Assembly (NCBI RefSeq): GCF_009914755.1
Contig: NC_060941.1
Source of the DNA: the human T2T-CHM13v2.0 reference genome, Homo sapiens
DNA length: 64,000 nt
Strand: one strand, 5' to 3'
A program made the translations under genes and the position numbers. How positions within the stretch are numbered: position 1 is the stretch's first letter; each line of letters starts with the position of its first letter. The notes under the pieces are model-generated. The model did not search any database, was not told the DNA's origin, and saw nothing but the letters and a program-made list of their open reading frames with translations. Shown here one piece after another: positions 1 through 15,448 of this stretch.

Positions 1-71
1 AGGCGCCCGCCACCACGCCTAATTTTTGTATTTTTAGTAGAGACGGGGTTTCACCATGTTGGCCAGACTGG
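1..71 (-). mobile_element. Alu, partial
   Basis: Alu consensus match. Confidence 0.9.
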
Positions 72-264
72 ATATTTTGTTTTTAATTGTATTTCCATAG
101 CAGATTTCATGGAGGAGGTAGCGTCTGACCTTGGCTATGAAGGATGCTGCATACATATGTTATAGGCAATTTATTTTAAGATATGTAACATTTCTCATTT
201 GTAGTTTAACCCACACATGGGACCCTGTTTTAGACAGGTGGCAGGGGGTCTGCCTGGAAATTAA

Positions 265-727
265 TTTTAAAAAATCCAAGTGAAATTCACGCAACGTAAA
301 ATTAACCATTAAAAAATGTACAGTTCATTGGCATTTAGTACACTCACCATGTTGTGTAACTAACACCTCTGTGTAGCTTCAAGCTATTTTCATCACCCCC
401 AAAGAAAACCCAACCCATGAAGCAATCATTTCCTATCCTCCCATTCCCCCAGCCCCTTCAAACCACCAATTTGCTCTCTGTGGATAGCAGCACTATTCAT
501 CATAGCCAAAAGGGGGAAGCAACCCAAGTTTCCATCAATGGGTAAATGGACAAGCAAATATGTGCTACGTACATACAATGCAATGTTATTAAGCCATAAT
601 AGGGAGTAAAGTACTGATGCATCCTAAAAGGTGGACAAACCTTGAAAACATTACACTAAATGCAAGCCGGACCCCAAAGGTCACGTCTTATATACTTCTA
701 CTTATATGAAATATCCAGAATAGGTAA
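265..727. mobile_element. L1MB-like 3' end with inverted 5' segment
   Basis: 265-485 is an antisense L1 3' terminus; 487-727 is the adjacent upstream L1 segment in sense orientation. Confidence 0.7.
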
Positions 728-2514
728 AAAAAAAATTGTTTTTTGGAGGGTACATTTTAGCACATTTGGGAAGACATTTATATGGTAGACTTTGAACCCT
801 TATGGGGGATGGTGTGGAGTGTTTTCTGGGAAACAGAATTAGTAAAGTGGAAGAGGCAGGAAATAGAAAACTTAAGGGGTGGCCGATGACAGAGGAAGCA
901 AGAGTTTACAGAAATCCCTCCTCCTGGCTTTCAACGCCCACCCTACCTGAGCAAGCTTGTGTCTCAGTGTGAAGTTTCTCTGACAACAGGGACTGGTCCC
1001 TGTCCAGTCTTGGATATATGCCCTGCACAACTCTTGTAATAGTAACAGTCTAGTCCTCAGAATCAAACATTTAGTTTAACTTTACGTGTTTGAAATGCCT
1101 TGAATGCAGGACCCCGCTTTAGTTTTCCATTTTCACCCACTCTGGTAGCCTCCCTAGAAAGACTGCGTGGACAGCTTGAGGACACCTGTGCAGATCATGA
1201 TCAAAGGGACCACGTAGTTCTAGTTTTTAAATAAAGTTCACGTATCTTTTTGTATTATTTTTGCTAATTATTTGCCTTTACCCAACGGCTTGAATGATTG
1301 AACTCTATTTTCAGGCTTAAATATTCCCTCTGCACTGCTGCAACTGGCCGGATAAATGTGCCTACTCCAGCAGCAAGCTCTCCACATCCCGTCCCCCTTT
1401 CTGTCTCCTCCTTACTTCATGCCCCCACTGCCTCCTTAGTTTTCAGCTGCCAGTGCAAAGCACCCCAGCTTTCTCTAGGCTGTGCTCTGCTCCCTGACAG
1501 CTGCTGTTCTCTCCCCATCCCTCTCTTCTTCCCTTGCTTTCAACTTCCCAGCCAGTCTGAGTATTTGAGCACCTTCCAGCTGCTTCACTGTTGTGTCATG
1601 CCGGGGGCCATGTTGCACAGCCGCGGCACACATGTATATCCACGGGGACTCCTTTCTGAGCCTACTGGGTGCATAGAAACTGGTGTTCCAGAAGTGTACA
1701 GTTGAGTTTTTGACAAAGAGAAATTTTACAAACAAAATTGTGGCTGTACAAATTTTTTTTTAAAATTATATTTTCCCATTGGCTTCACGGAAGAGATAGC
1801 ACCTGACCTTGGCTATTAAATGCACAGTATTTAAAATATATGGATTAACAAAATTTTATTTGCTCACACCTTTAAGTGGGGTTAAATATACTTGGTAATT
1901 GTTTTCTTCTTAACCAGATTGTCCTTAAGGGCAAAGAGTGCGTGTCTTACATTTCTTTAAAATTTGCCCCATTTCCGTCGTCCCACCAGCCCCTTAGACT
2001 TAGTGCTTAATGTTTTTAAACAAACAAATGAATATTAAAGTAGGCAATCTTTTATTGACTTTGTATCTTGTCTTGAAAAGGAGTTGATTACTGTTAAAAT
2101 TCTCTTAAAAATATGTTTTGAGTTCTGGGAATATACATTGCAAGGTTCAAGTTTGTTTTGACTTTCTAATTGTATAATTAGAGAGGAGTAGCTCACTCAG
2201 GAATTACTGTTGTGAATGATAAGCTTTTCCTCTTGGATGTGAGGTTGTGTTCAGATTAAAGACACTAATATGGTATACCAGCAATTACACAGTTTAAGGC
2301 AACTAAGTTACATCTATAGACCATATCATTTTACATGAATATAATACTTCTATTTCCATAAATAATTCCGAATGCTTGGAGAAAACACTAGTTTTTATTC
2401 CCCAAAATCATTGTCTTTGAAACCTCCTTAAATAGCCATAAGACTAGCAACTCATGCCTTGAAAAAGGTAGTCACTGATATCAACACTGTTTGAGAATTG
2501 GAAAAACATTTCCA

Positions 2515-2792
2515 GGACAAGCACAGTGGCTCACACCTGTAAACCCAGAACTCTGGGAGGCTGAGGTGGGAGGATTGCTTGAGGCCAGGAGTTCGAGACC
2601 AGCCTAGGCTACACGGCAAGACCTTGTCTCTCCAAAAAAAAAAAAAAAAAAAAAAAAATTAGCCAGGCATGGTGGCACATGCCTATAGTCCTAGCTCCCA
2701 GGAGTTTGAGGTTACAGTGAGCTATGGTCTCACCACTGCACTCTAGCCTGGGTGACAGAGCAGGACCCAATTTTGAAAGAAAGAAAGAAAGA
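2515..2792 (+). mobile_element. AluJ-like
   Basis: Alu consensus match, internal deletion, (GAAA)n tail. Confidence 0.9.
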
Positions 2793-3596
2793 ATTAATTT
2801 CCAGTTCTCTTTGATAAATTCTCAGTGTTAACGACTAAGACAGAATCCATCCTTTTTTCAACTGTATGGTTCTATATGATACCTTTGATAGTTAAGCTAT
2901 ATTAGTTTATTACCATACATTTGGATAGTTAGCAATCAATAAGTTTTGTGCTATCTGTGAAAAATAATCTGGTAGTAAGATAAAAGTGTGCATAACTTAT
3001 TTTCTGCTTCAGTACTTAACATAGTTACTATTTTCTTGAAGACTGTAGTTTTGTAATACTATGCTCTTTGGTGAGACAAAGCGTTCTGAAATTTGTGAAC
3101 ACTTCTTATTTCCTGGTAATTATTTTTTTTGGCCCCCCCAGTTTGACTTTTCTTTCTTTTTGGCTTCTTATATCACTGTCCCACGTTAAAAAATTTAACA
3201 GATTTTAAGATGTCTTTTGGCTTAAATTGCAAACAATTACATTTGAAAATTAATGAACTTCGCGAAATTTAGTCCAGCCTATATGAAAAAGAAAACTGTT
3301 GTCAGGGTGAGAATAGATGATTCGTGATTTCAGATTCTGCCACACCTTTACAAATATTTTTCACACTGTTGCCTTCAGAAAAATTCATTATGCTAATCCA
3401 TCAAGCTTCAGTTCCTTCTTAATTGTTTTTTTCAAACGTCTCTTCTCACTGGTGGCTTGGCGCCATCTCTCACTGCTGACTTCAGAAATGAAATGTGATG
3501 ATATGCTGACATACCAGTGTCACAAGCTTTGTTACCTTTGAAAATCATTATCTTTGAAACTTCTGCAAGTAGCCACAAAACGAGTGACTCATACCT

Positions 3597-3768
3597 TTTT
3601 TATTTTTTTCCAACTTTTATTTTAGAATCAGGGGAGTCCATGTGCAGGTTTATTACCAGGGTATATTGTGTGATGCTGAGGGTTGGGGTACAAGTAATCC
3701 CATCACCCAGGTACTGAGCATAGTACTCAACAGTTAGTTTTTCAACCCTGTTCCCCTCCCTCCTGTGC
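3597..3768 (-). mobile_element. Short L1PA/PB 3' end
   Basis: T-rich start, catgtgcaggttt motif, TSD CTCATACCT (3588-3596 / 3769-3777). Confidence 0.75.
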
Positions 3769-4331
3769 CTCATACCTCAAAAGAGATGGTCATTGAAGTC
3801 AGTACTGTTTCAGAATTAGGAAAACATTTTCAGTTGTCTTTGAGAAATCCTAAGTGTCAATCTTAGAGCTTGAGGAAACAAACAAACAACAACCAGAATT
3901 CACCACTTTTTCAACTGTGTGCTTTTTCTTTGATACCTCTGATAATTTAGCTATGTTACCTTATTACTGTACTTGCATGTTGTAAATGATCAATACATGG
4001 TTTTTAAATTGAGTAGGGTATCTACAAGACACACTTAACTGCATAATTTGTGTCTAAATATGTCATGTATGTATTTTTTTTGTGTGACTCACTTATAGAA
4101 AGGACTTCCCTGTTGTGGTTCTTCGGTTGAGATAATTAACACCTCAAAATATCATATATAGTTCTGAATTTCTAGAGTTTTATTAGTTGTAAAGTGATTT
4201 TAGAAATGCACTCTGATTCTAAATGTTTGTCATGTGGATAGAAATTTTGCTATGAATAATACATTTTCATTAAAATAAAGACGTGTTTTTCATGCTATAT
4301 ATATATATATTTTTTTTTTTTTTTAGTGTAA

Positions 4332-4679
<348 letters not shown>

Positions 4680-5083
4680 TAGGTGTTCCTTTGTTATATC
4701 AAACTCAGTATACCTATAGCTTGCCATATCATCTTTTCTTCTAATTCTGCTCTTCCTGCCAACTTTCCAACTTTTATTCCACCTTGAAATTTTAGAAATT
4801 TTGCTTAAACTGTCTTAGCTCTTTAAGGTCTAATAAGCCAAATCTTGTCTCCCAGATTTTTCACTTCTCCTGGGATTATTTCAGTCCAGAAAAATTTCAA
4901 TTTATTGTTAAATTGCTAAAGTAACCTTCTGACTTCATCTCTAGTTTCCATCCCTACCACTCCAATTCATCTGGCATACAGATGCATATTAATTTTCTTA
5001 GGCAACCCTTGCATATTTTCTTTTGCAACCCCTGATAGATTACTACAAAGCCTAAGATTTCAAGAGTTCCCTGTGATCCTTAA

Positions 5084-5437
<354 letters not shown>

Positions 5438-6998
5438 TAGTTCTATGTGACATTCTGATGCCATTGAATTATTTCAAGAGTATCTCCCACATCTCCAGAT
5501 GGGCTGTACCTTCTAGAAGGGAATATTTGTCTCTTATTGTTTACTGTCTGGAGTCTGGAGTGCTTAGCCAAGCACTGGACCCAAATTGATTGCTTCAGAC
5601 CAGAGCTAAAAACTGCAAGGTTAGACCTTCTGAATTAGAAGTGTACTCATTTTTGTTAAGTCCACAAAGATTAAAAAATTCCAAAATGTAGATGGGTGCA
5701 TTCACATGACATTACTGAAGATGAGCAAAAACATTCCCTAAATATCCTGCTGGCTTTTATTTTTCCTAGTGTAAAAAGATGAGTATTGTTGAAATACATT
5801 CCCTTGTCTTCATGGCTTTTGCAAAGTTTCACTCTATACATTGCTTCAGTTATCCAATATACGTGACCAAGGTTAAATGGTTCTTGGTGCTTTATTTGTC
5901 TTAGTTTTTGTGGCTAGCTTGTGTGGTGCTCCTTAAACTGGTCTTTGGTGAACACCTCTTATTTGTGATAAAACAACAATGCCATCAATCAGTTCTTTAA
6001 CAATTGTGTTGTGCCAAAACATTTCGTTGGTTCTGCGAAAAGAAAGTGTTAGGTCAATTACATATTGATGGAAATAAAGTAAATTGATAAAGCATTTCTC
6101 TTTAATCAAAAGTAAGACAGCTTTCGTATTGGGTACTTATTAACTTTTCTACCTACTTTCAACAGTGAGAAAGATAAGCATATAAATCTCATTGATTTTA
6201 ATCTTTGCTTTTCTAAAGCTTCACAAATTTGGAGTGACTTTGATAAAATTCAGTCAGAATTGTAGTTAATACTTTATGTTAGCTACATGTTTGCATATAT
6301 TTTTCCTTCTAGACTGTAAATTCTCCGAGAGAGGGACCACATCTTTGTATCTCCAACACTTAACACAGGTGTTTATTAAAGGCATAACATGATCTACAAC
6401 CACATCAGTAGCACAGACGAATCGCGCACACGGCGTGTTGAGGGAAAGAAGCCAGACACGAAAAAGAACATACTGCTTGATTCAGGGTTTGAATCCTAAC
6501 TCTTCCCAAGTTACTGTATAACTTGGGAAAATTATAGTGTCCTTATCTGTAAACTGGGGATAATAATAGTACTCACTTCATAAAGTGTTGAGAGGATGAA
6601 AAATGGGAATGAGATTATCACTTGGAATTTTGGAACCTCAAAAGGTTTGATCCTGGCTTACTCTGTCCCAGATGAGCTTTGTGATCATGGGTGAGCTATT
6701 TAACCTCGCTGAACTTCAGTTTCCTCATCTATGCAATGGGGATCATGCCCCATCTACAGAATTGCTGTGGGAATTATGTTTACATAGTGGGTGCTCCAAA
6801 AATGGTAGTTGTCTTTGTTATCATTGTTATAATACAGCAAGTCCTATGTAGAGAGGCATTGCAATGATATAGGCAAGAAAGTGGCATATGGTGAAATCAT
6901 AGTGAAATTAGCTCAACAAACGATGAAGGGTTTGAATTCTTCTAGGAATGCCAGTGAATTCTCAGTCATAGAGAAGGAAGTGACATCAAGAACAATAG

Positions 6999-7400
<402 letters not shown>

Positions 7401-7477
7401 TGAAAGGAAAAATAAAGAAAACTCTATAGTAAAGGCTGTAACTTTTCCCACTGCAAGCCACAAGAACAAAGGCATCA

Positions 7478-7721
<244 letters not shown>

Positions 7722-8577
7722 CTACAAGTTGAAACCTTCTTGTTTAATTAACTTTTTGTCTTCAATTATGCATCTTTCTTCAGTCTATCTCCTTTCCTTC
7801 TTCACCTCCTTTGACCTTTCAAAGAAAATATGGATTAAAATGCATTTCCACCTTTTGATTTTGAGGTGAACGATGTTGAAGGAAAGCCATTTAAATGTGA
7901 TATAGCAATAGCTTCTAAGATATTTATTACTGTTTATTTAGGTGTAAGTTGAAAGAAAAAAAATTACAATGCTATTTTGACAAATGTCTCAGTAAAAGTA
8001 TTCCACAACCAGAGTCTTGATTTTATGACTCTAACTGGGTAATACAAACATTGGATTCATATAAAAACAACACTTTTAGACTTTGGAGTACGCTGTTCCT
8101 CTGAAGAAAATGAAATAGAATAATAGAAAACTTGTATTTAGAACTTATCCTTGATTTTATTTCCTCTTTTTGATCCAGTTTCAAACTTATGACTGAAAAG
8201 AAAAATAGGATAGTCTTATACTCTGGTTTTGATTGTTGTAGGTATCATAAAAATTGTAATATCTGAGATTTTTTTTTTTAAAAAGCTCTATGTTGAAGTC
8301 TTTGAATTTTAGCTTTTTCTATGTTTTATTCGTTCTGTTTTTGAATTACACCACCCTAAATGACTATTTATCATCTAATATGTTGGATATAATACACTTG
8401 TTTCCACAGACGGTCTGGCAGAACAACAGTTCTGCCTAAATTTCAATTCAGGTGGGCAAACATTTGTGGTGCACCTTGTAGCCGGTGGTAATGCATGGAC
8501 TAGGGGCTGGGTTCATAAATCGAGGCCGTGGTCATTGCTTTCCTAGAGCTGGAATGGGGCATTGAAAATTGTCCTTA

Positions 8578-8868
<291 letters not shown>

Positions 8869-9514
8869 TTATCCTTACTGAATGAACCCTGTGGAGGTTG
8901 TTCAGCCCTGGTTGTATGTCCTTGTTGCGGTTAGCTAAAAATGTAAATAGGAGTCATTGAGACCTATACGTGCCCCAGTCCTAACTACTCTCCTTCTTTA
9001 CCATACCCACAGCTTCTTGCAGACCAGCTCAGCCCTGTGAGCAGGCAGTGGTTGGTCCCAGCTTCATTCACCAGGCACGCCTTGACCTTCAGCAGCTGCA
9101 TTTAGCCTGGCTCTGGTCCTTGGTCTTGCAATGCCCTTGAAGGAGCTGGGTCTCCAGGCACTAACCTCTACCTGAGGCTGGCGCTTGGCCTTTGATTCCA
9201 TCAGCTTGGCTTTGAGGGCTGTTTTCTGAGAGTGGAGCGAAGATTGCCTAAGAGAAGAGATGAAATAAAGAGTCATTTGGGTAGATTAGCATCAGAAAGT
9301 TTTCCTATTCTCTCTGCAGGAAGGGAATATACACTGGATGGATGTTACTGTCTCATCTTCTAACCTCTTCTCTTTCAAGTAAAACAGAGATAATCTTCTA
9401 TGCAGATGCTGTGTTTTAAGAGGGCGAGGTTTTGATTTAACTGGAAGGAAAGTATCTCAGGATGCCTGTCTTCTGTACCTAGTGCATCCCTATGGTGTAG
9501 GAAAATCCTGCTTT

Positions 9515-9735
9515 CTTAAGGTAGAGCAGTGATTTTCAGGTGATTTTGTGCCTCCCTTCCACTCTCATTTGGCAATATTTGGAGACATTTTTGGCTGACA
9601 TAATAAGGGGTAGGGGGTGTACTATTGGTACCTACTAGGTAGAGGCCATAAACTTCCATAAACCCACAGGACAGCTCCCCAAGAATTATCCAACCAAAAA
9701 TGTCTAGAGTGCCAAGGTTGAGACACTCTGCCTTA
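9515..9735. mobile_element. MER20-like hAT DNA transposon
   Basis: ttggcaatatttggagacattttt...gccaaggttgaga motifs. Confidence 0.7.
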
Positions 9736-10243
9736 AAACCTGACATTTGGATGTTAGGCATTTCAAAAGTTTCAGGAAACTGCTTGAATTAGGGTGAATC
9801 TGATCTAATTTTAATTCCCTGTAACATTAATTCTGCCACTTTGATTTTTTTTTTAATTCAAACAGTTTCTATTTGCAGAGTCATAGATTTTAGAGCTAGA
9901 CGATAAGTACCTTAGTAATCACCAACTCCCTTGCTTTGCAGAAAAAAATGAGGCTTAGAGATAGATACTTTTAGAGGAATGACTTATCTAAGGTTACATG
10001 GTGAGCTTTGAGACAACCTAAGACTGAGACTCAGGCCTACCAAGTCAATGAAAAATACAGCAACTTCCTTATGTATTATTAGTTTGATCAAAGTTTCCCT
10101 ATGGCTAAAGTGTAATTCCCAGAAGATAAAGATGCTGCTGCCATCCTTGTTCCTATTTTGCTTCTCCTGAAACATTGGACACTTAATAAATTCTTATCAT
10201 GAATGCTCCTAAGTGAAAAATTGATTTTAAAAGTGACACATAG

Positions 10244-10559
<316 letters not shown>

Positions 10560-11012
10560 TGTTATTCAAGTTTAAATATGTTAAATCGTCTTAAAAAGGA
10601 GCATATATACTTCTTGATATTCAATGAAATCCTAGCTGACCTATACGCAGGAATTTTATCTAGATTAATTCTTTTAAGCTTTCAGCCAGGAGCCCTGCCT
10701 AATCACCTACCTGGAGAGAGAAACAGTGATCTCATTCTGAACGTGGGCCAACATTTCCCTAACAGCAAGTTCATGCTGACATTTGTGGTATCTCAGCTAA
10801 TTCAGTGGCTGTCGTGTTTGCAAAATAGGGCCTGACATGTGCAGTTAATAATTTTGTTTCCAGGTGTTTTTCACACATTAAATGGAAATTTTCCTGTCCA
10901 AGTTACTAATTGGAAAAGCCCAAGATTTTGGCTTTTTCTTAAGAACCCTAAAAAAAACCCTTTTTAAAGGGAATATCATGTTTTGGAAACATATTGCTGA
11001 GAATTTATGTGA

Positions 11013-11376
<364 letters not shown>

Positions 11377-12642
11377 CCACTCAGGGAGAGATTTTTATGT
11401 ACCAAGTCTACTGTAGACTGTAGTTCAATCTCCAGGGCCTACAAGGCTGGCTCCTGTACATTCGTCTCAGTCTTAGCAGAATTGGATGCAGCAGCGGCAA
11501 CCTGCCGTTGCAGCATTCTTTTCTGAAATACCAAAATAAAAACAGAGTCATTTATCAGTGAAGCGAAATTGTCCTAGATTTATTGACCTTGGCTGTGTTT
11601 TTTGTTTACTTTATTGTTGAATCTAATTTCAGCATCTTGGTGATTGTGATTGGCCATGGCTTCATAGTGCATTCTCATGTCATGAGGAGCTGTGTTAGAT
11701 CAGCTCCAGGTGGGCTGACCCATTCCACCTGCAACTCAGAGCCTGCAACAGCTGGCTGGCCTTTAATTTCCTGAATTGGAAACAACCCTCGCTCAAGGAA
11801 TTCGGCCATTATGGTAAGAAAATAACTTCATTTATTAGAATTTTCCTTCACCTCATCAGACTCAAATTGAAGGCAGGAATTATGTAAGAAAGAGGAAAGT
11901 TACGACGTGCTGTATGGGCACATACCTCTTCCTGGTTCTTTTTGAGATGAGTGAACTCCTCCGCCGGGTTTCAATCTGCATTTCTAGATCATCTTGGACA
12001 AAGTCATGTCATTCCGGACTTGGTGCAGACTGTTGATGTCAGCTTGACGCTCCAGCGCAGGGTCAGTTCAATCTCAAACCTGGAAAAAGTTTCTAATGCT
12101 TTCAGTGGTCGTTAGGTTTGTATTATTAATATCATGCTGCATTTTAAATATTTTATTAGAATATTATAGAAATGCCAAACGTCTGTTCCTTATTTGTTGT
12201 TAATATAATTTGCTATTAACTTTCCCCATTTTTGGCAGTATGATGGCACTCCATATAAAATGCTGCAAGCTTCGGGGAAGAACCTTTTCAGCATTTTTGT
12301 TTCTTAGAACAGAGTGACCATACCTTGTTGGCCTCTTGTGTGTTGGGGTCTTCTACACACACATAAAGTAGGGAGTTAAATTAAAGAATCCTCAGAAACA
12401 CATGCTGGTTCTTTTCAGAAATCTCACTTGAAATATACCTAACTAGAAATTCTTACTTACGGAAGAAAATTAAGTGGTGGTTCCTTCGGACGTAGAATCA
12501 GCACAGCATTCTCGTAAATAATGTGCTTCCCTGAGGTTTTTAACTAAAATATTTTTCCATTGTTTAGGATTCTGTTTCTAAGAAGAAAAATATTCTTTTA
12601 TAACTGTGATTCCAGTGTAAAAAGAAGCATGGCTTCACATAG

Positions 12643-12945
<303 letters not shown>

Positions 12946-14004
12946 TTACCTAGTGCTTATCTCCATAGCTTATGTTTTTCATCATGCTGCTAAGGGTAAC
13001 TATATCACACTTTTGTCTGAAGTCCACAGCTGCTAGTTTTACGCTGACGATCTGTAGCATGAAGTTGCATTGTCAGTGTTTGCATCTGAAATCTGGAAAC
13101 GCAGGACACAAAAAGTTGTGTTTGATACACTTGCATTCTGAACCTCTGTATGCTGGTGTTGAGGCATGTCAATTTCAGGTCTTTCAAACAAATTTTATAT
13201 GTATACGGTTCTTTAATGGAAAATAGCATATACCTCTGCTTTTGAGAATAAAAGAACTGTAAGGAATTTAGTTTACTTTTTCTTAAGTATTTTGGAAACA
13301 TTTCTAGAATTCTTTCCGTAAAATGAACTATACAAAAGTAAACAAATTAGGAAAAAAAACATAGCTAAGAAGTATATTCTGTTGCTTGTTAAATTTCTTC
13401 CTTAATCTGCCAAATTGAGAAAAGTACAGGTATATGTGGAAGATATTGCCAATCTTTTCAAATTTTGTCATTTTTAGTGTGGTTCTTTGTCTAGCAAAAC
13501 GTCTTACCTTGTTTTTAAGTTCTGTAATTATCTGGTAATACTTCTTGTTGTCCTGTTTTTCTCCTTGATCATTAGCCCAGGCTCAAATTTCTTATTCCAT
13601 TCTTTGATTTTATATTCAAGTGTACTCTTTGCCTGCACCAGAGTTGAGACCTTGTCCAGGGAAACTGCAACATGGTCATCTAGATTTTACACTGCATCCT
13701 TCTTCTTACCAGAGAAGAACCCACCCACCTCCTCCCAAGTTGGTAGAAAATCTCCATCTGGGTTACATTTCTGCCTATAATTCTTTCTTTCCAATGATCA
13801 GTATCTAATTGCCATAGAGTAGATTTTGGGGCTGCGTGTGACTTGATGGAAGAGCTTAGCTCTACAAAGCCCAACAGAGAGAGTGGTAAGGGAATCATCA
13901 ATTAGTAATTCCTCTTATGGTTGATAATGTGGCTGTTTCATCTCTGCTATAATTGTTTTAAATATTTTTAATGAAATATATAATAGTGTTATTATTTTGT
14001 TAAT

Positions 14005-14467
14005 TATTATTATTATTTTTATTTTTTATACTGTAAGTTTTAGGGTACATGTGCACAATGTGCAGGTTTGTTACATATGTATACATGTGCCATGTTGGTG
14101 TGCTGCACCCATTAACTTGTCATTTAGCATTAGGTATATCTCCTAATGCTCTCCCTCCCACCTTCCCCCACTCCACAACAGGCCCCGGTGTGTGATGTTC
14201 CCCTTCCAGTGTCCATGTGTTCTCATTGTTCAGTTCCCACCTATAAGTGAGAACATGCAGTGTTTGGTTTTCTGTCCTTGCAATAGTTTGCTGAGAATGA
14301 TGGTTCCCAGCTTCATCCATGTCCCTACAAAGGACATGAACTCATCATTTTTTATGGCTGCGTAGTATTCCATGGTGTATATGTGCCACATTTTCTTAAT
14401 CCAGTCTATCATTGTTGGACATTTGGGTTGGTTCCAAGTCTTTGCTATTGTGAATAGTGCCGCAATA
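14005..14467 (-). mobile_element. L1PA 3' end, 5'-truncated
   Basis: ORF2 C-terminus WIKKMWHIYTMEYYAAIKNDEFMSF... plus the L1 3' UTR. Confidence 0.92.
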
Positions 14468-15065
14468 ATTATTTGTTAAACTCAATAGACTATCTTTTTA
14501 TTAAAAGGCGCAGAAAATGCCTTTAGGTATTTATTTCATATTGGAGGGACAAAGCAGATAATATTTACATGATATCAGCCCAATTAAATTTGTGTTTTCC
14601 CTTATGGAATTTCTGCACAAAGGAAAATACCTTTTTATAGGCACAATGCTTATAACACAAAGTCCTTTGGAATGATATGATAAATATTACTTATTTTCAG
14701 ATGAAGTTATTTGAAACTAATTTTAGGGATTTCTGGAGAAGTAACAGAAAGGGGCAGATCCTTAATTTCTGTATCCTGTATATTAAATATTTGAAGTATT
14801 TAAGAATAAAATTTAGGAAAATAATATGAAAATAAATGACATTCTTCTATTTTTTTCTTGAATTTGATTGATTCTAAGAAAATAAAAATTTAAATTTATT
14901 AAAGCCTGTCTTGGAATTTTGAAATAGCTAATGATGTCTAACTTTTTCCCCTTATCTTATGAAAGTATATGACCTCTCCCCTGCCCAAGAGAGTTAAAGA
15001 AGAATGGAGGAACTGACATAATAGAGTTTTGTGGGTGGATTTAATGTTAAATAGCAAACTTGTAA

Positions 15066-15448
<383 letters not shown>

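Noticed and set aside
8075-8105. Candidate small exon 7 of the 5.9-13.8 kb pseudogene
   Set aside because: Plausible acceptor but no recognisable homology and a weak donor.
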